24,000 bases of DNA from Firmicutes bacterium UBA6806. GTDB taxonomy: Bacteria > Bacillota > Clostridia > Peptostreptococcales > Acidaminobacteraceae. Below the pieces are notes generated by a model, which searched no databases, was not told where the DNA came from, and saw nothing but the letters and a program-made list of their open reading frames with translations. Location of the stretch: NCBI GenBank assembly GCA_002452745.1, contig DKFC01000003.1, positions 74,471 to 98,470 of the forward strand, written 5' to 3'. The position numbers were made by a program, and so were the translations under genes. Numbering within the stretch: the stretch's first letter is position 1; the number at the start of each line of letters is the position of its first letter. Positions 15,022 to 24,000 of this stretch are shown here, one piece after another.

Positions 15022-15579
15022 TTATGCTCTAGATAGGTACTCGCCGGTTCTAGTATCAATTTTAATCTTATCACCTTCATTAACGAAAGCTGGAACGTTG
15101 ATTTCAGCACCTGTTTCTACAATTGCCTTCTTCGTTACGTTTGTTGCTGTATCGCCTTTAACACCTGGTTCTGATTCAGTTACAACCAAAATTACAAAGT
15201 TAGGCGGTTCAACTTGGAAACAGCTTCCCTTGTAAAATTTAAGGGTTGCGTTGTCATTTTCCTTGATGTAGAGAATCGCATCTTCAACTTGCTCTTGTGA
15301 CAATGGAATTTGATCATAAGTTTCATTGTCCATGAAATAGTAAAGATCGCCTTCGTTGTAAAGATACTGCATTTCTTTTGTTTCGATGTGCGCTCTTGGA
15401 AACTTTTCAGATGGATTGAATGCTTGCTCTCTGATGGTTCCGTTGATTAAGCTCTTGTATTTAGTTCTAACGAAAGCTGCTCCCTTACCTGGTTTAACAT
15501 GTTGAAAATCCACTACTACAAACGGTTCGCCATTTATTTCAAACGTCACACCTTTTCTGAATTCACTTGCAGAAATCAT
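15022..15579 (-). CDS. efp: Translation elongation factor P
   Basis: 185 aa: [44 protein letters not shown], carrying the conserved KPGKG loop lysine. GGAGG RBS. Confidence 0.97.
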   Translation of the reverse strand: MISASEFRKGVTFEINGEPFVVVDFQHVKPGKGAAFVRTKYKSLINGTIREQAFNPSEKFPRAHIETKEMQYLYNEGDLYYFMDNETYDQIPLSQEQVEDAILYIKENDNATLKFYKGSCFQVEPPNFVILVVTESEPGVKGDTATNVTKKAIVETGAEINVPAFVNEGDKIKIDTRTGEYLSRA

Positions 15580-15607
15580 TTCCTACCTCCAAATAATTAA
15601 ATATTGT

Positions 15608-16675
15608 TTATATTTCTATAAGATGTTCAGGCGCCTTCGTCAAACGCTCATATCCATCTTCAGTTACGATAATCATGTCCTCTACTCGAACACCGCCAAA
15701 TTTTTCAATATACACCCCTGGCTCTATTGCAAGTACCATTCCCGATTGAAGTACATCCGGGCTGTCTTCCGTCAACCTAGGCAATTCGTGAACTTCAAAA
15801 CCAACACCATGTCCCAAACCGTGTTTGAAATAAGGTCCATAGCCACTTAATTTGATAATCTTCCTCGCGGCTTCATCTACATGCTTTGCCAGCGTTTGGG
15901 GTTTCACAGCGTCAATTGCAGCTTGCTGAGCATCACTTATAAGACTATAGAGATGCCGCTGCTTCTCAGATGATTTCCCCATGACAATGGTCCTCGTAAT
16001 ATCAGAACAATATCCATTATATATACAACCATAATCCAATGTCAAGAAATCTCCGTCACCTATGATTTTATCAGATGGGAGGCCGTGTGGCAATGCCGAT
16101 CTGCTGCCTGAGACAATTATCGTTTTAAATGCAGTGTTTTCAGCCCCTTTATGTCTCATCACCCGTTCCACTTCTTCTTTGACATCGCGTTCAGTCATGC
16201 CTATTTTAACAAAATTTAGGATTTCAAGAAATGTACTTTCGGCAATCTCTGCTGATTTCCGAACTGCCTCTATGGCGTCTGAGGACTTAACAGCTCTAAA
16301 GGACTCCACAAAATTTAAAATAGACACCATCTCAATATCTCTGTAGTTGGACACCATAAAGTCGTATTGGTGAAACGTCATGTGCATCGGTTCAAACCCA
16401 AGTCGTTTAATGCCACCTGATAAAATTAGGTTGTAAAGGGTTCTTCCCCCCTGTATTGGAACGATGTCAAACCCGGTCATAAGCTCTGTCTTAGCCTGTT
16501 TTGCCTCATCGTAATACCTCGAGTCAACCAGAAGATGCCGTTTGCTTCTGGAAAACAAAATCATTGCCGACGATCCGCTAAAGCCACATATGTACTTGAT
16601 ATTCACAGGGTTTGTGACTAGAAAACCATCAATTCCATGTGTCGCAAGTTTAGTTGTCAGCACTTCACTCAGCAT
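15608..16675 (-). CDS. Xaa-Pro aminopeptidase/dipeptidase (M24B family)
   Basis: The track start at 16699 is a TTG. The ATG at 16675 (MLSEVLTTKL) has GAGG 6 nt upstream. The M24B metal ligands are visible: DYGCIYNGYCSDITRT, HGLGHGVG, EPGVY, RVEDMI. Conserved position upstream of efp. Confidence 0.9.
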   Translation of the reverse strand: MLSEVLTTKLATHGIDGFLVTNPVNIKYICGFSGSSAMILFSRSKRHLLVDSRYYDEAKQAKTELMTGFDIVPIQGGRTLYNLILSGGIKRLGFEPMHMTFHQYDFMVSNYRDIEMVSILNFVESFRAVKSSDAIEAVRKSAEIAESTFLEILNFVKIGMTERDVKEEVERVMRHKGAENTAFKTIIVSGSRSALPHGLPSDKIIGDGDFLTLDYGCIYNGYCSDITRTIVMGKSSEKQRHLYSLISDAQQAAIDAVKPQTLAKHVDEAARKIIKLSGYGPYFKHGLGHGVGFEVHELPRLTEDSPDVLQSGMVLAIEPGVYIEKFGGVRVEDMIIVTEDGYERLTKAPEHLIEI

Positions 16676-17102
16676 GTTTTGCCTCAACGAGAAAATCAAG
16701 TGCTTTGAAATAACTCATTTCTTTGAGACCATAAATTTGTTCGATACACACTGGCGCCGTCACTGAAATACTTCTAAAGGACTCGCGATTTTTTATATCT
16801 GAAAGATGCGCCTCCACAAATGGCACGGAGACACTTTCAATAGCATCTCGTATGGCATAACTGTAATGTGTAAACGCCCCTGGATTGATTACGACACCCT
16901 CATACTGATCCTCACAGGTGTGAATCACATCAATAATCGCCCCTTCGTGGTTTGACTGAAAAAATTCAACCTCTACCTTTAAGGCCTTTGCATGTGCTCT
17001 AATCATCTCCATAAGATCGTCCAGCGTCATTGTTCCATAATGCTCCGCCTTTCGCTTTCCAAGTCGGTTGAGGTTGGGGCCGTTTATAACCAGTATCTTC
17101 AT
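16665..17102 (-). CDS. aroQ: Type II 3-dehydroquinate dehydratase
   Basis: The true start is MKILVINGPNLNRLGKR at 17102, with an AGGAGG RBS. The track extension to 17126 lacks one. FQSNHEGAIID and HLSDI motifs are present. Confidence 0.93.
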   Translation of the reverse strand: MKILVINGPNLNRLGKRKAEHYGTMTLDDLMEMIRAHAKALKVEVEFFQSNHEGAIIDVIHTCEDQYEGVVINPGAFTHYSYAIRDAIESVSVPFVEAHLSDIKNRESFRSISVTAPVCIEQIYGLKEMSYFKALDFLVEAKHAE

Positions 17103-17127
17103 GTGTCCTCCTGCTCCTATGCTCACT

Positions 17128-17628
17128 TTACAAAGTATCCATTACTTCGATAATTTCGTCTACTATATCGGAAATTGACTTTTGGTCAACTTCTATAATA
17201 TAGTTTGCCACCGATTCGTAAACAGGCTCTCTCTGATTCAAAAGCGCCTCAAAATCATTTTGCTTCATCATGGGACGGTTGGGATCGTCTGTACCAATTC
17301 TCGCCTTTAAAGTCTCATAAGAGGCCTTTAAATAGATGATAACGCCACTTTGACCAAGCGCCTCTCTATTTTTCGGATTCATCATAAGCCCGCCGCCTGT
17401 GGCTATAATATGATCTGTCAGTTCAGAAATTTTCAAGGACACCTCTGCTTCTAGATCTCGAAAACGAGGTTCTCCATAGAGGGCGAAAATATCCTTTATG
17501 CTGTGTCCAGACAGGCGCTCCACAAGGTCATCGGTATCTATAAACACTCTATTTTGATTTTGGCTGAGTTCCATACCTATACTGGATTTTCCAGAACCCA
17601 TCATGCCAATTAATACGATGTTTTTCAT
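17128..17628 (-). CDS. aroK: Shikimate kinase
   Basis: 166 aa with P-loop MKNIVLIGMMGSGKSSIGMELS, followed by DTDDLVE and GEPRFRDLE motifs. Confidence 0.92.
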   Translation of the reverse strand: MKNIVLIGMMGSGKSSIGMELSQNQNRVFIDTDDLVERLSGHSIKDIFALYGEPRFRDLEAEVSLKISELTDHIIATGGGLMMNPKNREALGQSGVIIYLKASYETLKARIGTDDPNRPMMKQNDFEALLNQREPVYESVANYIIEVDQKSISDIVDEIIEVMDTL

Positions 17629-17633
17629 AATGC

Positions 17634-18704
17634 CTACTCCCTGTTATATGTCAATTCCAACCGATTGACAAAGTCAATATCATGGGCATACTTAAACACA
17701 GTCGCCCGCTTTATTTTACCGTCCTTGTAAAGCTCAAACAAGCTGTTGTCCATGTTGCTCATGCCGTGTTTTCGCCCTGCAATGAGAGCCTGCACAATAT
17801 CCCTGAGCTGATCATTCACAATATGAGATTTGATGGCCGCATTTGGCAGCAACAATTCAAACACAGGCAGTTGAACTTCTTCATTCAAATCTGGAACGAG
17901 CTGTTGTGATAAGATGCCAAGCAACATAGCCGTCAATTTATACTTCCGACTCTCCATTTTTTCAGTGGAAGTGGACGCCACCATTTTTTCAATCGTCGAT
18001 CTGGCATTATTGGCTCTGATGCCACAAATCACCAGTTTCCCAGACTCCGCCGCTTGAAGTGCCAAGTCGACAACTCGATCATCCGTCAAATCCGATATCA
18101 TCAAGACATCAGGGTCATGTCGCATAGCTGCAAGGACGCCTTCGTACATGCAACTGCAATCTGTGCCGACATCCCTCTGGGTAATAATTGCATTTTGATG
18201 TCTAAAGAGGTACTCTATGGGCTCTTCCACTGTGATAATATGACACCGCCTTGTCTGATTGATTTTCTGAATCAAAGACGCAATGGTTGTGGACTTTCCA
18301 GAACCAGATGAACCACTTACCAAGATAAGTCCTTTTTGATGCTCTATAAGCGATGAAAATGCCTCTGGCACACCGAGACTTTCTATCTCTGGAATTGACA
18401 AGTGGAGAATTCTAAAGGTCACACTATATGTGCCCCTCTGACTGATGATGTTGACTCTAAATCGCCCAAGATGGTGAATTGAATAACTAAAACTCAAAGC
18501 GCCTTTTTCATCTAGCTTGTCCCTTTGAGTTGTCTCTAAGATTTCATCTAAGATGGCTTCAATTTGGGCGTAGTCAAAAGCTTCCAAATCATCTACATTG
18601 TATAATTTCCCGTTTTTTCGAATCATTGGAACCGCACCTGGTACCAAATGAACATCTGAAGCCTGTCTCTTTAACGCGTATTCAAGCAATGCTATATAAT
18701 CCAT
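17634..18704 (-). CDS. PilT-like type IV pilus retraction ATPase homolog with divergent catalytic motifs
   Basis: 356 aa. From memory it is collinear with PilT: DVHLVPGAVPMIRKNG, RFRVNI, Walker A VSGSSGSGKSTT, Asp box ITVEEPIEYLF. However, the Walker B/GEMRD region reads DVLMISDLTD, and the His box reads SGKLVICGIRAN where PilT has TGHLV..TLHT. AGGGGG RBS. Confidence 0.85.
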   Translation of the reverse strand: MDYIALLEYALKRQASDVHLVPGAVPMIRKNGKLYNVDDLEAFDYAQIEAILDEILETTQRDKLDEKGALSFSYSIHHLGRFRVNIISQRGTYSVTFRILHLSIPEIESLGVPEAFSSLIEHQKGLILVSGSSGSGKSTTIASLIQKINQTRRCHIITVEEPIEYLFRHQNAIITQRDVGTDCSCMYEGVLAAMRHDPDVLMISDLTDDRVVDLALQAAESGKLVICGIRANNARSTIEKMVASTSTEKMESRKYKLTAMLLGILSQQLVPDLNEEVQLPVFELLLPNAAIKSHIVNDQLRDIVQALIAGRKHGMSNMDNSLFELYKDGKIKRATVFKYAHDIDFVNRLELTYNRE

Positions 18705-18747
18705 TTTTCCCCCTAAAATACAACAGTGATTTTAAGTCGGCATCTCT

Positions 18748-19209
18748 TTACAGTTTTCGGTTCAAGTACTGATCAAAATCTATGATTTTTCGCGTGTAGT
18801 CCTTATCCATATACCCGCTGGTCAACAGGTAGTCTGCTGTGGAAATATTAGTTGCTATCGGAATGTTGTAAAGCGTTGCAATTCTAAGCAGCGCCTTGAC
18901 ATCTGGATCGTGAGGATGCATGCTCAGCGGGTCCCAGAAAAAGATCATAAAATCAATTTCGCCATCGACAATTTTGCTTCCAATTTGTTGATCGCCTCCA
19001 AGTGGACCGCTTTTGAAACCTCTAACGGGTAGCGAAGTCGCCTCGCTTATGAGTTTTGCAGTGGTACCGGTTCCGTATAGAAAGTGCTTTGCGAGTACTT
19101 CTCTATGTTCATCACACCAGTTAATCATGTCCTTTTTTCTTGAATCATGTGCGATTAATGCAATGTGTTTAACGGCAGGTACTTGTTCGGTTTTCGTGTT
19201 TTCTAACAT
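18748..19209 (-). CDS. mgsA: Methylglyoxal synthase
   Basis: 153 aa: HIALIAHDSRKKDM...LYGTGTTAKLI...FKSGPLGGDQQIGSKI...FFWDPLSMHPHDPDVKALLRIATLYNIPIATN. This is near-canonical MgsA. AAAGGAG RBS. Confidence 0.93.
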   Translation of the reverse strand: MLENTKTEQVPAVKHIALIAHDSRKKDMINWCDEHREVLAKHFLYGTGTTAKLISEATSLPVRGFKSGPLGGDQQIGSKIVDGEIDFMIFFWDPLSMHPHDPDVKALLRIATLYNIPIATNISTADYLLTSGYMDKDYTRKIIDFDQYLNRKL

Positions 19210-19241
19210 GATTTTCTCCTTTCACTTCTGGGGAACTATTC

Positions 19242-19269
19242 AAAAAATGCAGTGGTATACCACTGCATT
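19242..19269 (-). terminator. Rho-independent terminator after udk
   Basis: Minus strand reads AATGCAGTGG-TATA-CCACTGCATT (10-bp perfect stem) followed by TTTTTGAA. Confidence 0.85.
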
Positions 19270-19273
19270 AAAC

Positions 19274-19903
19274 TTACTTATTCTTCTCCTGAATAATTGC
19301 AGTTACCTTAGTGGTCATAATATCAATTGCCACTTTGTTGTAACCGCCCTCGGGAATAATGATATCGGCATACTTTTTAGTCGGTTCAATAAATTGCTCA
19401 TGAGCCGGCTTCACAGTGGTCAAATATTGATTGATGACTGATTCAAGCGTTCTGCCTCGTTCGTTGATGTCACGTGTAATCCTTCTGATGATTCTCACAT
19501 CTGCATCTGTGTCTACAAATATCTTGATGTCCATGAGTCTTCTCAGTCTTTCGTCCTCCAGAATCATAATTCCCTCGAGAATGATGATGTCTCTTGGACA
19601 CACCTTTATCGTCTCCACTTCACGATTGTGATTGGAAAAATTGTAGATCGGTTTTTCTATCGTCTCATGCTGGCACAATTTGTTGATGTGTTCTATCAGC
19701 AATTCTGTGTCAAAAGCAAGTGGATGGTCGTAGTTGGTTTTGACCCTTTCATCATAGGTCAAGTGACTTTGATCCCTGTAATAGGCATCTTGTTCAATAA
19801 TTAAGATATTTTCATCCGGCAGGGACTGAAAGATAGACTTGGCAACAGTACTCTTCCCTGAACCGGTTCCTCCGGACACGCCGATGACGATTGGCTTACT
19901 CAT
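19274..19903 (-). CDS. udk: Uridine kinase
   Basis: 209 aa with P-loop [20 protein letters not shown] and motifs YYRDQSHL and NYDHPLAFD. The start overlaps the U32 stop by 8 nt. Confidence 0.95.
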   Translation of the reverse strand: MSKPIVIGVSGGTGSGKSTVAKSIFQSLPDENILIIEQDAYYRDQSHLTYDERVKTNYDHPLAFDTELLIEHINKLCQHETIEKPIYNFSNHNREVETIKVCPRDIIILEGIMILEDERLRRLMDIKIFVDTDADVRIIRRITRDINERGRTLESVINQYLTTVKPAHEQFIEPTKKYADIIIPEGGYNKVAIDIMTTKVTAIIQEKNK

Positions 19904-21134
19904 GAAGGTCCTCCTTGGGTTTTCTAATAATATAATAAGGTTCCACCGGAATTTCCATTGGGATTGTCACAATTTGTTGAGCATGAGGCGCTTTTTCAAC
20001 AGATTCACCTTTTCCGTTGACGATTTCAGATATCGTCATCTCTGCTTGGAAATAGTCAGGACCTATGACTTCAACAGAATCCCCCACTTTAAAGTGATTT
20101 CTCTGCTCTACAGTAGCCATCTTTGTCACCGGATCATAAGCTTTCACCACGCCGATGAAGTCGTATTCCCTTATATATGAGCTGGAAGTGTAAAGCTGAT
20201 CCAACTGGGTTGGTTTATTGTGATAAAAACCCTTTGTAAACTCTCGATGAGAAGCTTTTTTAATTTCATCAAACCACTGAGGATTATAAACATACGCCTC
20301 TGGATTTTCATAATACGTGTCAAGTGCCTCACGATAGGCTCTGACTACATTTGCAACATAATAGACACTCTTCATTCTGCCCTCGATCTTCAAACTGTCA
20401 AGGCCTGATTTAACCAGTTCAGGAATGTTTTCAATCATGCAGAGGTCTTTAGAATTGAAGAAAAAAGTACCTGCATCAGTCTCTTCTATTGGGATATACT
20501 CACCGGGTCTGTTGACTTCAACCAGTTGGTATTCCCAACGGCAAGGATGAGAACAAGCCCCACGGTTAGCATCTCTGTTGTTGAGATAGTTGCTCAAAAG
20601 GCATCTTCCTGAATAGGATATGCACATAGCACCATGAATAAAGGCTTCCAGTTCCAGTGTAGGCGATGTCTTCGCCCTGATCTCTGCAATCTCTTCAAAA
20701 GAGAGTTCTCTAGCCAAAATGACCCTCTTCATCCCCTGTTCATGCCAAAACTGTGCACTCATGTAATTGGTATTATTAGCTTGTGTACTCAGATGAACTT
20801 CCAATTCAGGCGCATGTTTTTTCACAAACATAAAAGTTCCGGGGTCAGATAAGATCACTGCGTCTAGGCCCAATGTTCGTATTTCTTCAATATAGGCTTC
20901 TAGGTAGTTGATATCGTCGTTATGCGGGATAATATTCAGAGTTAAGTAGACTTTTTTACCCCTTTCATGGGCGAATTCAATTCCCTCTTTCATTTGTTCT
21001 AGCGAAAAGTTCTTAGCAGCAGCTCTAAGACCAAAAGTCTGCCCACCAATATAGACGGCATCTGCACCGTACATAATGGCAAATTTTAATTTATCTAAAT
21101 CACCTGCTGGTGCCAGCAGTTCAATTTTCTTCAT
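19896..21134 (-). CDS. Peptidase U32 family protein (YrrO/TrhP-like, implicated in tRNA ho5U34 formation)
   Basis: The true start is [31 protein letters not shown] at 21134, with AAGGGAG 6 nt upstream, giving 412 aa. The U32 signature E..HGAMC.SYSGRC is seen as [19 protein letters not shown]. The yrrL-yrrM-yrrO-udk synteny matches B. subtilis. Confidence 0.85.
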   Translation of the reverse strand: MKKIELLAPAGDLDKLKFAIMYGADAVYIGGQTFGLRAAAKNFSLEQMKEGIEFAHERGKKVYLTLNIIPHNDDINYLEAYIEEIRTLGLDAVILSDPGTFMFVKKHAPELEVHLSTQANNTNYMSAQFWHEQGMKRVILARELSFEEIAEIRAKTSPTLELEAFIHGAMCISYSGRCLLSNYLNNRDANRGACSHPCRWEYQLVEVNRPGEYIPIEETDAGTFFFNSKDLCMIENIPELVKSGLDSLKIEGRMKSVYYVANVVRAYREALDTYYENPEAYVYNPQWFDEIKKASHREFTKGFYHNKPTQLDQLYTSSSYIREYDFIGVVKAYDPVTKMATVEQRNHFKVGDSVEVIGPDYFQAEMTISEIVNGKGESVEKAPHAQQIVTIPMEIPVEPYYIIRKPKEDLHE

Positions 21135-21795
21135 CAATGACTCCCTTCTTAAGGCTAATGGCAAATCCATCTCCCATTGGCATAATCGTCGTGTCTAGCA
21201 TCGGGTGATTTGAAATGGTTTCCAAATACCATCTCATGCGCTTGACGATGGTTTTGTTTCTGCGATTTGCATATTCATCTGTTGCAACCATTCCCTTGTA
21301 GAGGACGTTGTCAGATAGCAAGACGCCGCCTGGACTTAGCAGATTATATGCCACGTCAAAGAACTCCATGTAATGACCTTTTGAAGCATCTAAAAAGATG
21401 AGGTCATAGGTTTTTGTCAATTTAGGGAGCACTTCTTTAGCATCGCCTCTGTGCAGAGTCACATTCACTTCGGGAACCAACTGTTTAAGCGTTTCAAAAG
21501 TTTCAGCGGCCTTTTCCGCCATTGCTTCATTGAGCTCAATGGTATCAATCTCTCCCAGTTTCATAGAGGTTGCAAAAACAGATGCAGAATAGCCGATTGC
21601 AGTGCCCACTTCCAAGACGCTATTAGGTTTCCAACACTTCATCATCACACTGATGTACTGTGAAATTTCAGGATGGATAATCGGCACATGAAACCGCTCA
21701 GCATATGCTTCAAGTTCTTCTAGAAGCCCTCTGTGTTCTGGCAGCAGTGTTCTAATATACTTTACAACTTCTTCATCTACAATTCTTGATTCCAT
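21121..21795 (-). CDS. trmR: Class I SAM-dependent O-methyltransferase, YrrM/TrmR-like (tRNA mo5U34 methyltransferase)
   Basis: 224 aa. From memory it is collinear with B. subtilis YrrM: LEAYAERFHVPI, VLEVGTAIGYSA, LIFLDASKGHYMEFF, LSPGGVLLSDNVLYKGMVA, MPMGDGFAISLKKG. TAATG overlap with the mltG stop. Confidence 0.75.
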   Translation of the reverse strand: MESRIVDEEVVKYIRTLLPEHRGLLEELEAYAERFHVPIIHPEISQYISVMMKCWKPNSVLEVGTAIGYSASVFATSMKLGEIDTIELNEAMAEKAAETFETLKQLVPEVNVTLHRGDAKEVLPKLTKTYDLIFLDASKGHYMEFFDVAYNLLSPGGVLLSDNVLYKGMVATDEYANRRNKTIVKRMRWYLETISNHPMLDTTIMPMGDGFAISLKKGVIDEEN

Positions 21796-22808
21796 TAGTT
21801 CCCCTTGCCCTTTTCCTTATCTCTATTGTGTCCAGCTAAAGTCGAGTTGAAGTAATGAGACCCATCACCTTTTTCAGTTGTTACAAAATACAGATAGTCT
21901 GTTTTATCGGGATAGAGTGCTGCGATAATGGAAGGTTCACCTGGAGATGCAATTGGCGCTGGCGTCAACCCTGCATGCTTATAGGTGTTAAAAGGAGAAA
22001 CCACCTCTAAATCGTCATAGGTGAGTCTATCCTTACGCTCTTTCAAAACATATTGAATTGTGGCACAGGATTGGAGCATCATTCCCGTGTCAATTCTGTT
22101 ATGGAATACGCTTGAAACCACTGGTCTTTCTTCTTCTAGTTTGGTTTCCCTCTCGATGATCGAAGCAAGTGTCACCACTTGATCCACAGTCATTCCAAGT
22201 TCTTTGGCACGATCATAGTACTCAGGTTTGAAGACTTCATTAAATCGGTTCAACATCTTTTCGATAACTTCTCGCTCTGTTGCCCCTTTTTTGACAATAT
22301 AAGTGTCTGGGAAGAGATACCCCTCTAAGCGATACTGTCGATCCACCCCCTCTAGAAACGGATAGTCAAATGACTCGGTTTCTAGAGCTTCAACAAATTT
22401 ATCCCTGTCCACAATCCCCTCTTCGACTAGTTTATCAATAATTTGTCTCGTCTCATATCCCTCAGGGATTGTAAACTTCAAATTATCCTCGTAAACATCT
22501 CCATCGGCTATTTTTCGGATAATTGCCTCTGCTGACATAGACTGCGACAACATATAATCGCCGGCTTTCATCTTTCCATCTAATTCAAGTTCCTTAGCTT
22601 TTGCTTTAAAGGCATTGACATTTTGTATGAGTTCAGCCTCTAACAACAGATTTCCAATACTCCCTGTCGATGCACCCTTTGGGACTGTCACCAGTATTTC
22701 CTCAGTGTTATCCGGATTCACCGGTTCATTATACTTTTCTAAAATAGTGGCACATCCAGGCAGCAATAAAACCAAGAGCAGAAGTGCCGATACTAGACCT
22801 TTTCTCAT
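21795..22808 (-). CDS. mltG: Endolytic murein transglycosylase MltG (YceG-like)
   Basis: The start is at 22808 (MRKGLVSALLLLVLLLPGCATIL, GAAGGGG RBS) rather than the track's 22874. YceG motifs are present: GYLFPDTY, the catalytic-Glu region LASIIERET, and SPFNTY. The N-terminus is a membrane anchor or a non-canonical lipobox (LPGC). Confidence 0.9.
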   Translation of the reverse strand: MRKGLVSALLLLVLLLPGCATILEKYNEPVNPDNTEEILVTVPKGASTGSIGNLLLEAELIQNVNAFKAKAKELELDGKMKAGDYMLSQSMSAEAIIRKIADGDVYEDNLKFTIPEGYETRQIIDKLVEEGIVDRDKFVEALETESFDYPFLEGVDRQYRLEGYLFPDTYIVKKGATEREVIEKMLNRFNEVFKPEYYDRAKELGMTVDQVVTLASIIERETKLEEERPVVSSVFHNRIDTGMMLQSCATIQYVLKERKDRLTYDDLEVVSPFNTYKHAGLTPAPIASPGEPSIIAALYPDKTDYLYFVTTEKGDGSHYFNSTLAGHNRDKEKGKGN

Positions 22809-22909
22809 ATTTACCCCTTCAGTCTCCAGAATTCTCACCCTTCTTCTGAGAGAAATCCTTCCTATTAATCGCATTATTCATCAAATGCTTTAGCAGTTTT
22901 CAAATTAAA

Positions 22910-22944
22910 CAGCAGAAAAGGTTCTCGCGAACCTCTTCTGGCTG
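22910..22944 (-). terminator. Rho-independent terminator after rnj
   Basis: Minus strand reads CAGCCAGAAGAGGTTC-GCGA-GAACCTTTTCTGCTG followed by TTTAATTTG. Confidence 0.8.
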
Positions 22945-22967
22945 TCATATGTCATTTCTAACGAAAT

Positions 22968-24000
22968 TTAAACTTCCATGAAGATCGGCAGAATCATTGG
23001 GGATCTCTTAGTGCTTTGGTAGATATACTGACTAAGAGCATCTTTTACAGAGGATTTGAGGCTTGCCCAATCCTTGATATTGTTGCCGAGGCACTTGTTA
23101 AGTTCTGTTTCAACGATGTTTCGCGCACCGTCCATGAGGCTTTCAGATTCTCTAACATAGACGAACCCTCTGGAAATCAGGTCTGGCCCGTTCACCACTT
23201 CACCAGTGACACTGGATAACGCCACCACGATAATGATGAGGCCGTCTTCCGAAAGATGTTTTCTGTCTCTAAGAACGATGTTTCCAACATCACCTACACC
23301 AAGACCGTCGATGAAAACCCTACCAGCCGGCACTGATTTTCCAACTTTAGCTGATTTTGAATTGAATTCCAAGACACCGCCATTGCTCAAAATGAAGATG
23401 TTGTTTGAGTTCATCCCCAGTTCTTCCGCAAGTCTCTTATGTCTATCTAAATGCACGTATTCACCATGAACTGGTAAAAAGTATTTTGGTTTGATTAACG
23501 AATGCATCAGTTTGAGTTCTTCTTGCTTCGCATGGCCTGAAACGTGAACATCTGCCAGAGATTCATAAATCATGTGAGCGCCTTTTTTGGTGAGCTTGTT
23601 GATTATTTTTATAACACTCTTTTCGTTTCCAGGAATTGGAGATGACGATAAAATTACCAAGTCTCCCGGAGTGATTTCCATATTTCTATGTTCTGAATTT
23701 GCCATACGTGCCAGAGCACTCATAGGTTCACCTTGAGACCCTGTGGTAATGACAACGATTTCATTTTCAGGATATCTGTCGATGTCCTTGATATCAATTA
23801 AGATGTCTTCATCTGGCAATTTTAAATAGCCCAGTTCCAGCGCCACATTTGATACGTTGACCATACTTCGTCCTGAGAAGGCAACCCTTCTGTTATTTAG
23901 ATATGCCGCGTTGATAATCTGCTGTAATCTGTGCACATTTGATGCAAATGAAGCTACGATAATCCTAGCAGTTGCATGCTTAAAGATATTTTCAAAGGTT
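22968..24000 (-). CDS. rnj: Ribonuclease J (C-terminal ~344 aa; N-terminus beyond the right edge)
   Basis: The frame stays open upstream of the track Met at 23936 (…IIVASFASNVHRLQQIINAA). Beta-CASP/metallo-beta-lactamase motifs are present: HVSGHAKQEELKLMHSLIKPKYFLPVHGEY. The C-terminal dimerisation domain is also present. Confidence 0.92.
   Translation of the reverse strand, partial: TFENIFKHATARIIVASFASNVHRLQQIINAAYLNNRRVAFSGRSMVNVSNVALELGYLKLPDEDILIDIKDIDRYPENEIVVITTGSQGEPMSALARMANSEHRNMEITPGDLVILSSSPIPGNEKSVIKIINKLTKKGAHMIYESLADVHVSGHAKQEELKLMHSLIKPKYFLPVHGEYVHLDRHKRLAEELGMNSNNIFILSNGGVLEFNSKSAKVGKSVPAGRVFIDGLGVGDVGNIVLRDRKHLSEDGLIIIVVALSSVTGEVVNGPDLISRGFVYVRESESLMDGARNIVETELNKCLGNNIKDWASLKSSVKDALSQYIYQSTKRSPMILPIFMEV

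Noticed and set aside
19013-19441. Longer plus-strand ORFs, for example 137..520, 7131..7457, 19013..19441 and 19839..20180
   Set aside because: All of them lie antisense to well-supported minus-strand genes. They lack RBSs and have the Ser/Leu/Ile-rich shadow-ORF composition.
22740-22808. MltG N-terminus as a lipoprotein signal (LLPGC)
   Set aside because: Pro at the -2 position is non-canonical for a lipobox, and MltG proteins normally use an uncleaved N-terminal membrane anchor. It cannot be decided from sequence alone, so it is not reported as a finding.
1-24000. CRISPR arrays, tandem repeats, IS elements, tRNA or rRNA genes, toxin-antitoxin or defense islands
   Set aside because: I saw no periodic direct repeats, terminal inverted repeats, cloverleaf-capable intergenic segments or small paired ORFs. 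The only internal repeat is the short ELEDD-encoding duplication inside the acidic protein gene.

Overview
All credible genes in this window lie on the minus strand. They form a tightly packed, mostly translationally coupled housekeeping block typical of a low-GC Firmicute, probably a Clostridia-like anaerobe. Transcription order (high to low coordinates, | marks a terminator-like hairpin): rnj (partial) | mltG, trmR-like O-methyltransferase, U32 peptidase, udk | mgsA, pilT-like ATPase, aroK, aroQ, Xaa-Pro peptidase, efp, acidic zinc-ribbon protein | asp23 | nusB, tsaD-like paralog, xseA, xseB, ispA, PAP2-like (DUF212), ~0.6 kb non-coding gap, 4-TM membrane protein, dxs, tlyA, chrA, chrA | argR, recN, GGDEF membrane protein, xerD (partial). 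The stand-out feature is the ORF-free, hairpin-dense gap at about 8961-9589. From its size, structure and exact synteny (xseA-xseB-ispA-[RNA]-4TM protein-dxs-tlyA-argR-recN) I call it an OLE (ornate large extremophilic) RNA gene with its partner oapA. OLE is a known RNA family whose biochemical function is still unresolved. Secondary observations: a PilT-like ATPase with substituted Walker B and His-box residues and no pilus genes nearby; a TsaD/Kae1 paralog wedged between nusB and xseA; an extremely acidic Cys-rich zinc-ribbon protein after efp; a PAP2-like gene between ispA and the RNA; a split chrA pair where NAD kinase usually sits; and missing sporulation genes at two conserved synteny positions. 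I see no CRISPR array, tRNA or rRNA gene, transposon, prophage or defense island. All plus-strand ORFs in the track look like antisense shadows. I found no convincing wholly novel multi-gene system. Nothing was checked against any database.
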